Source of the DNA: Camelus ferus
Taxonomy: Eukaryota
DNA length: 64,000 nucleotides
Direction: 5' to 3'
NCBI RefSeq assembly: GCF_009834535.1
Contig: NC_045697.1
Coordinates: 56,236,001-56,300,000 of the forward strand
Both the position numbers and the translations under genes were made by a program. Below are positions 56,660 to 64,000 of the stretch, piece after piece. The notes beneath the pieces are model-generated. The model searched no databases. It was not told the DNA's origin and saw nothing but the letters and a program-made list of their open reading frames with translations. Each line of letters begins with the position of its first letter. Positions within the stretch are counted from its first letter, which is position 1.

Positions 56660-56766
56660 TGTGACAAGGAGTGTGTATATGTCCATGAATGACTGAAAAA
56701 TTGTGCTGAACACTGGAATTTGACACAACATTGTAAAATGATTATAAATCAATAAAAAATGTTAAA
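56660..56766 (+). mobile_element. young, very short L1 3' end
   Basis: L1-type terminus tgacacaacattgtaaaatgattataaatcaataaaaa; perfect 16-bp TSD aaaaatagctgtctaa at a TT/AAAA site. Confidence 0.9.
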
Positions 56767-58258
56767 AAAAATAGCTGTCTAAGTATACATTCACTTGATT
56801 TTATACAGATTAGGGTGCCATTTTGAAAAATAATAAATTCTTTCCAAGGAAAGTCCCATGTTTAATTGAAAGTATTGGAATTTGAACATTTAGAGCTATT
56901 TAGAAGAGTTTCTTAATAGATTTGATAAGAATAGATGTAATCAGTCAGAAAATTTATGTAATACTGGTAGTGGATTATTTACTTTCATACCTTGAATCCT
57001 GATTTGGATTTATGACAAAACACATATGATATAAACTGGTCACCCTAATAGGCTTTGCTGCTATTTATGTACCATTAGTAATGTATAATGCTTATGTGGT
57101 TCTCCAATTCTGGGAAAAAAGCCATAGAGTAATATCTCACAATATGCTTGAGTGCTTGAATAACTATACAAATGAAAAATCTCATTTTAAAAGATAGTAA
57201 AATTCCACATAGTTTTAGAATGTTGGCATGTTCAGTGACTAGTTTTTCTTCAGACTATTTGATATTCCTTCCCTTACTTTTTTTTTATCAAATAGTAATT
57301 TCTAAGTGTGCCAATATCCATCAGCCTGATCTTTGAGAGAACTAATATGAAGTCATTTTCTGTATATTTTACAAAATCTCACCTGAGAATGTCTACTTCT
57401 AAATTTTTTCCTACATAATTTCTAGAGGGAAAGAAGTATCACACAAATATTTTAGTACAAAAGCAGGTTTTTGATTAATAGATAATTAAACATCTTAGGG
57501 ATGTATTTCCTCCTACATTTAGTGTGGAATTTTATTTTTACTTGAGTTGGTGTACATGTATTTCCGAGCATTTTAAGAATGACTTTTTCTTTGCACTAAG
57601 TATCTATTACATACCCATCCCCTTTGATCTTCATGTAGAAACCTTCTGGATATAATTCAGCAAGAATGTGCTATTATGTGCTTGGCTTTGCTAGACTCTG
57701 CAGAAACTAAGATGAGTAATACATGGAAACTTACCTCCAGAGAGTAAGAATACAGTCTGTTTAATTCTGAATAATGGAATATTTGTGTCAAGAACTCTTT
57801 GGGGATAATAGTTTTGTTCACTATTTTAAAATTTATCTTATTGACTTCCTACGCATCAAGAGTTTTCACTCTAGGTACTGGGTACTGTAGGTACAATGAG
57901 TGACTCAAATGACTTTAAAGCCCAATCCCTCTCTTCTCAAGGATTATAATCTAATAGGGAGTTAAAGAAGATGCATACTGATGATTAAAATAGCACTAAT
58001 AATATCAGTAAGTTTAGGTATAAGGATCTGTTCCCCCCAAGAAGAATCATCTGTTTGGGTGGTAAGTAGCAGAGAAGCTGCCTGTAAGAAAATGAAAATC
58101 TCTCCCAGGTTGAGATTTTTAAGGATCAAGGTCGTGGAAGAGACAAGAAGGATTTTAACAGTGGAGTTAGGTAAAGCCAAAGAAAGGTATGGAGTTATTT
58201 TTAACCATGGAGTTCAGACTCGATCCCTCTCTTTTATCTATAAAGTTTAACATTTCTA

Positions 58259-58380
58259 GGTTTTGGGGGTTTTTTTGGTGGGGGGAGGTAGTTTATTCTT
58301 AAAGGAGGTGCTGGGGCTTTAACCTAAGGAGCTCATGCATGCTAAGCATGCACTCTACCACTTGAGCTATACCTTTCCCC
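58259..58380 (-). mobile_element. full-length tRNA-Ala(AGC)-derived SINE (camelid vic-1-like)
   Basis: reverse complement ggggaaaggtatagctcaagtggtagagtgcatgcttagcatgcatgag...; 19-bp TSD with 2 mismatches at 58240 and 58381. Confidence 0.88.
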
Positions 58381-60025
58381 ATGAAGCTTAACATTTCTAC
58401 AATTTGGGAAGTGGGAATGGATTAGTGTACTGAGAAAACAAGGAAGACTCATTATGGGGATGATTTTGTTAGGAAATCAAAAGAGAGAGTCAAAAGCTTT
58501 GGAGCCCAAACAAAATAACATTGAACTTATTTGGGCCAAGTCTTCATGGATTTCTCTAGAAACAATGCCACCTGCCAAAAAGAAAGTTAAAAACTGAGAA
58601 AATAAGTAACCTGAATTTAGAATTTAATAAGGCAAATCCTGGGAAAGGCTGCTAGTGGTAGTGGGGTAGCTTTGCCTTACTCCATTATACTGCTCACCAA
58701 TAACAAATTCTCTACCACACACCTCAGCATCAGAGAATAGGAAAAAGCAGGGTAAAGAGACATTGTATTGCAACTATTATCATCCAAGAAGAGGGAGGGC
58801 ATAGATTTGGATTGCAAATAATAGTTTTTCTTGTACATAAACCAGTTGTTGATGATACCGGGTTCTAGAAGATTGATCTGAAAGGGTTAAAAGTGTAGAT
58901 CAGTGTAAACAGGTTGTCAGAGAGTCAGTCAATTTTGATTGAAAAAAATCAATGAAGACGTGATAAGACTAGGAAGGGAACCATTTGAATGCCCAAACTA
59001 TTGATAGGGCCAAGATCAGATTGTAAGATTATAAGAAACAAAACACGAGAAGTATGGTTGTTGTTAGCTTGGATGACTTAAAATTTGTTGTCATGGAAAT
59101 GAACTAATGCCACTCTGAATTTATCAAAATGATAATGTCATTAAACAATAAGCATGTTAGGTATCCTATTGAAGATTTCTCAAGAATATCAATAAAATTT
59201 ATTTTTCTCTATAGGTTTCTTATTTTAATCAGGCTTAGTTATCCTGACAAAAGAAAAATTCATTTGCTTTTTTTTAGGTACAACTATCTAATTATGTCCA
59301 TATTCCTCTTATTATGGTAATGGTGTTATTAAAATATAAAATATTTCATCTAAATCCGTGTATTAAAAAAAATCATGAAAACAAATCTAATCTTACTGCA
59401 GGCTTAAAGTTCTAAATGGCCTTGATAGTTTTGAAAAAGTGGTCCTTCTTATAAAGTATATTTAGTGATTATATTCTGTTAGAAATTACAACTTTTAAAA
59501 TTATATTCAGAATAGTGATATCGTATTTAACTTTAGTGAAGTCATAGCTACATTGTTTTGGACATTTTGGGCATTTCAACCTTGTCTATGAGAAAAAACC
59601 CTATCGGAGAAAATGAGATTGTTTTTTTCCTAGAGAACAGCCTCATGCAAACTCTAAAAATGTCATATACTTAGCACCTCCTATTTAAGAGGTGTTTGAA
59701 ATCAAGGACTAAGCTACATTTTATCTTGCAAATGTAAGATCCCTAAATGAGTACCATGCAAACAATTACATTCATTTTTTATGATGACAAGGAAATGATC
59801 AGTGACTTAGCAGTTCTTCCAAATTTCCATTTGGAGAATAAATATTTTCTCCTAAAGATGTCTTTTCAATTACACACCATTGAGAAGAGATTATTAGTGG
59901 GAAATCTCAGCCAAGTGTGGGTGAATGGCTTAAACCATGCATTGATTACCGGCTATTAAGCAGCTCTTATTTGAATGCATATGATCACTTTAACCACAAG
60001 CTCCATTTTCTGTGTCTCCTATCAG

Positions 60026-60131
60026 CAGTTGCAGCATCCAGCGATCAAAGCCAGATTCCTATAATTGCTGTGTCTGTGACAGTGGGAGTCATTTTGTTGG
60101 CGGTGGTTATCGGCTTCCTCCTCAGTGGAAG
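60026..60131 (+). CDS. EPHA5: EPHA5 transmembrane exon (likely exon 8); alternative start at 60029
   Basis: ctcctatcag|cag|TTGCAGCA...GGAAG|gtaaga; encodes (SV or F)AASSDQSQIPIIAVSVTVGVILLAVVIGFLLSG with a hydrophobic TM helix; phase 1 to 2. Confidence 0.95.
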
Positions 60132-63100
60132 GTAAGACAGAAAGCTGTGATTCTGAACTTTTGCAGCTGATCTCTTCCTTACCTTGATCTGACCATTTGG
60201 CTGTTAAGCACATCCCAAAACAAATCAGACAAGCAATATATCAGTAGATAACCTCAATGTTTGATGTATTTCTTAAGCTTTAATTGTCCATGTGAGTACT
60301 AACTTTTAAGCACATGATTTCTCTTTTCCAGCTATGCTAGCTTCACAAGAATAGTACTGTTAGTATTTATTATGTCATTAATATAGCCATATCTTTTTTT
60401 GATATAGTTTTTTTACTTTAATCTGAATTTTATTTTCCTCTCAAAACTATTTATTGAAATATTCTCTCAAAAGCTTCAGTTTTAGTGTTTTGGAGGGCCT
60501 GTGTCTGTGCTTGGCATTTTAGAGGAATAGGATAATAATTCTAGTTACCCAGCATTCTATCCTAATAGGATGATGGATACAAAGTGGAAACTCTGGCAAA
60601 CAAGCATTTTGAGAAATAACCAACCCTTTATTATGACGGCATTTATTTTCAGCTTCTTAGTGATTTCAACCTGAATGCATCAATCATAGTGTATACTGAC
60701 TTGAAGTGAATTTTATTCAATGTTATATCAGTAGATACATTAATATGTGTATTACATATTTACATTTTTCATTTTGAACAAAAATAAAAGAGGTAGCGCC
60801 CCGACAAGAGGTTGTGTAAAGATATTTACTGACGTTGAGCTGAGCATAGTCAACTTTCCTAAAAAAAAAATAGAGAAACAAATAAAAGCATGAGTGTGCT
60901 CTATTCCTACAACAAACATATTTTCATTTTTCATCCAGGCCATTGTTAGAATGGCTACTTAGTAATGAGAGCTGTTCATTTGAAAATGTTTTGGTGTTAG
61001 ACTGTTATCAAAAACCTGATGAAAATCTTCATGGAAATATTTAAACCTGCACAAATATGCAAATATGCAGAAAATATACTATAAGATCCAAGAAAAGTCA
61101 GAAAATTAATATCCATATCGATTTTATTACTGTTTTACTCATTTACTTTTGATTCTTTAGCACCTATTCAACTCATAAATACATAGAATTAGGCATTTTC
61201 AATAGGTTGCATATTGTGTTCTGAAAAGATTTATTACTACATCCTTAAATTACAGTAGTGATATTTTATTTTCATAAAACACTGTTACTTCCTTTGAAGA
61301 TCCTTCCTCTTTTCTGAAAATTCCCTTTCTTCTAGTTCTTGTTCATTTACAAGTATTCAAAGTTTTCTTAAGAATGTACATAGAAATCCATTGCTTACTT
61401 TTAGCGTTAGAATAGCAGTGACACATTTTCAGAATTTCTAGCTGGGAAGCAGTTGGTATTTATTGACCCTCCCCAGCCAGAAGCCTGGCTGTCTAGTGCC
61501 ACACTGACCTCTTCTCTCTGAAGTCACCTGGGGAGAGTGCTCTACCTCTGTACAGTAGATGCTTTCTGGAAGATAAGCTAATTCCACCAGTCTTGTCATA
61601 AAAACTTTGCTCAGATTTTGATCAAGTAAGATAATTGAGTGGACTGTAACTACTCAGAAAACTACCATGAGATAATGTGTCTTTTCTACCTCAACAGGGT
61701 GAATAACTAGGATACATTTGCAAAGCTGGTTTGTAATATCATTTATTTACTTCTGACTGAGATATGGGTTGGCTTCTTCCTTTCCAATAAATCCAGAAGT
61801 GTTAGTTATAGGACATGGGGATTGTAAGAAGATATTTTATTTGTTGGATCCACTGAATGAAAATGGAGGAAAGAGCCAAGGTATAGAGTCGAATAAATTA
61901 GTGCGTTTGAGGGTTTATTAAAGACAAGTAAAATACAGGAAGTGTTTTATTGTAGAATTAGCACACTGTATCTATTTAACCGAAGTATTGTCAATGTGAA
62001 TTTACTGATGATATTCAGCTACGGATTCTCATTTACCTGCATACGAATCAACCTCTGAAATTACTCCCCCAATTTTTTCCCTAAAATATATATATACAAA
62101 AGTGACGTAAAAGCAATGCACTTGTTACATACGCAGCATTAGACAATGTGTTTCAGAGAAGGTTCAATCTGTCTACTGTTTGAGACCTGAAGGATAGTAC
62201 AGCTTTAGCACACACGTACACACACACATACACACGCATACACATGAATTCCATATGTATCTGAAACTGCTGTATGAGAATAACTAAATTTTAGTATGTT
62301 AGTTTTTAGTAAATAGAAATATTTAGTGTATTTCTTGGTTATACAAAAAAAAATCTATACCCAAGAGAAAAAGCTTAATTTTCAGCATGACTAAATCCAA
62401 GTCTTCATAAAATAAGTTTTGGATATACTGTCTTCCAGAAGTATATTACTTTTTAAAAATAGCAATATTGATAAATGTGTGTGTTTTTCATTCATATTAT
62501 ATTTTTTCTTAATTTAATTTCATTACACTGAGATTTATATTTTTTTACCAGCAAATTTTTTGCATGCAACTTTTGCTACTTCATTTTATTGAAAGCACAT
62601 TCTTGAATTTCAGAGGACATTTGTCTTATGATAGAAATGTTTAAAATAAAATGTCATTTTATTTTACTTTTCATGGACAGGTTATTTTATGTTTCTATCA
62701 TATAAATATACTTATCAAAAGCTAAACGATGGGATTTTCGAAGGGCTTTTCCTATCTCATTCAAGACAATGAACTTTACAATTTTTGTTGAGACTAAGAA
62801 AATCTTATCTACCTCATAGTACCTAGACTATACCGAATTAACTCAGTAAAGTCTTGCAAATAAAAGAAAAACTAAATGAAGAGATGTGGATGAAACCTAA
62901 CATAAATTTGGGGAGTTATCTTTAAGCATTAGAAAATTATTGAAAAAATTCTGTCTTAGGAATGGTCTAAAGACATAGAATTATGTATATTTCTCATTCG
63001 TCACTGTGCTAAAACATGATTGATAAACACAAAATTATAATATTTAGACTCTTGTCTCACTTTGAACTTACTTTGTTTTGTCACTTTTTAACCTCCTGAA

Positions 63101-64000
63101 TATATTGTAAACCAGATATTTGCTCCTAGATGACATGTCTTTTAATTGCAAATAATTTGACTGCTTACTGGTGATATAAACAAATTAATTTTGATGTATT
63201 GCCAAAATATTAATATCATTTGTATGTAATATTTGTTGACAATTTATAACATCATGTGGGCCAGGAGAGAATATATCTTGAAGGCACATATTCACTGACA
63301 ATTTAAGTTTTTATTCAGATTATAGGGAAAAATCAGGAATACAACACATTGACTACTGTGAGAATAATCTATTTCAAAGAAAAAAAAACTATTTTATTCT
63401 AAAATATTTTGAAAATGAAAAATAAATCAAATATAGAGATTTTCTAATCTTTTTAGGCTAAAATTGATTACAAAGAGACCTCTTGGAGTCTCTTACCTAG
63501 ATACAGTTAAAATAATATAGATAAGTATCAATCCTGAAAGAAAAAAGTTCTATTTTTAAAATGGCAAAGAATTCTAATATCTTAGGAGTCTATCAGTTCT
63601 AGAATTCATGTGATCATCTTGTTTAAAGGTGCTAAATTTTCCATAGAGCATTTTCTGCAGAATTCAGACTTTATTTTTTACTTTCTTGCCAATTACTTTT
63701 AACTAGTGTTTTCATGGGACTACAAAACAATTGACTTGTCCTATGCAAACTATGAGCTAATTACCCTGGGCTGAAAATAAATTAAACCCCTTGATATGCA
63801 CAGCATGTTGTAATTGTTTTTTAATCTTTCTCTTCTATTGGTAATGACATTGCACATTGATAACTTTCTTATTATACCCTAATTTTGTGGACTTTTCTAT
63901 TTTATATGTGATTTTATAGATATATACATATAATTTATAGATATAGATATAAATTGTTTAACTGATCAATCTTTCAACCAATGATTGTCATCTCCAGACT

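Noticed and set aside
58305..58380. Functional tRNA-Ala gene
   Set aside because: The B box/T arm is degenerate, and a SINE tail and TSDs are present
399..60943. Most ORFs in the six-frame track
   Set aside because: They are short, often begin at non-ATG codons, have low-complexity composition and lie in introns or repeats; only the EPHA5 exons and L1 ORF2 remnants are recognisable
60132..64000. Next EPHA5 exons (Cys-rich juxtamembrane insert, kinase domain)
   Set aside because: No matching coding sequence was seen; they presumably lie beyond the window

Overview
AT-rich mammalian genomic DNA lying entirely inside the EPHA5 receptor tyrosine kinase gene (+ strand). Three coding exons are present: 48558-48682 and 55465-55624 (second fibronectin type III repeat) and 60026/60029-60131 (juxtamembrane and transmembrane helix); they probably correspond to human exons 6-8. 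Their phases join into one open frame. The rest is intron containing L1, L2, MIR, MaLR/ERV LTRs, a Tigger element and two tRNA-Ala-derived SINEs resembling camelid vic-1, which suggests a camelid genome (inference). I see no evidence of a new multi-gene system. The best leads are a candidate in-frame 9-nt microexon at 12742-12750, intronic stop/polyA signals that could truncate the receptor, a triple in-frame splice acceptor, an E-box-dense candidate enhancer, and a heavily rearranged L1 that carries a nested mini-retrocopy. Repeat family names come from recall of consensus sequences, not from a database search.
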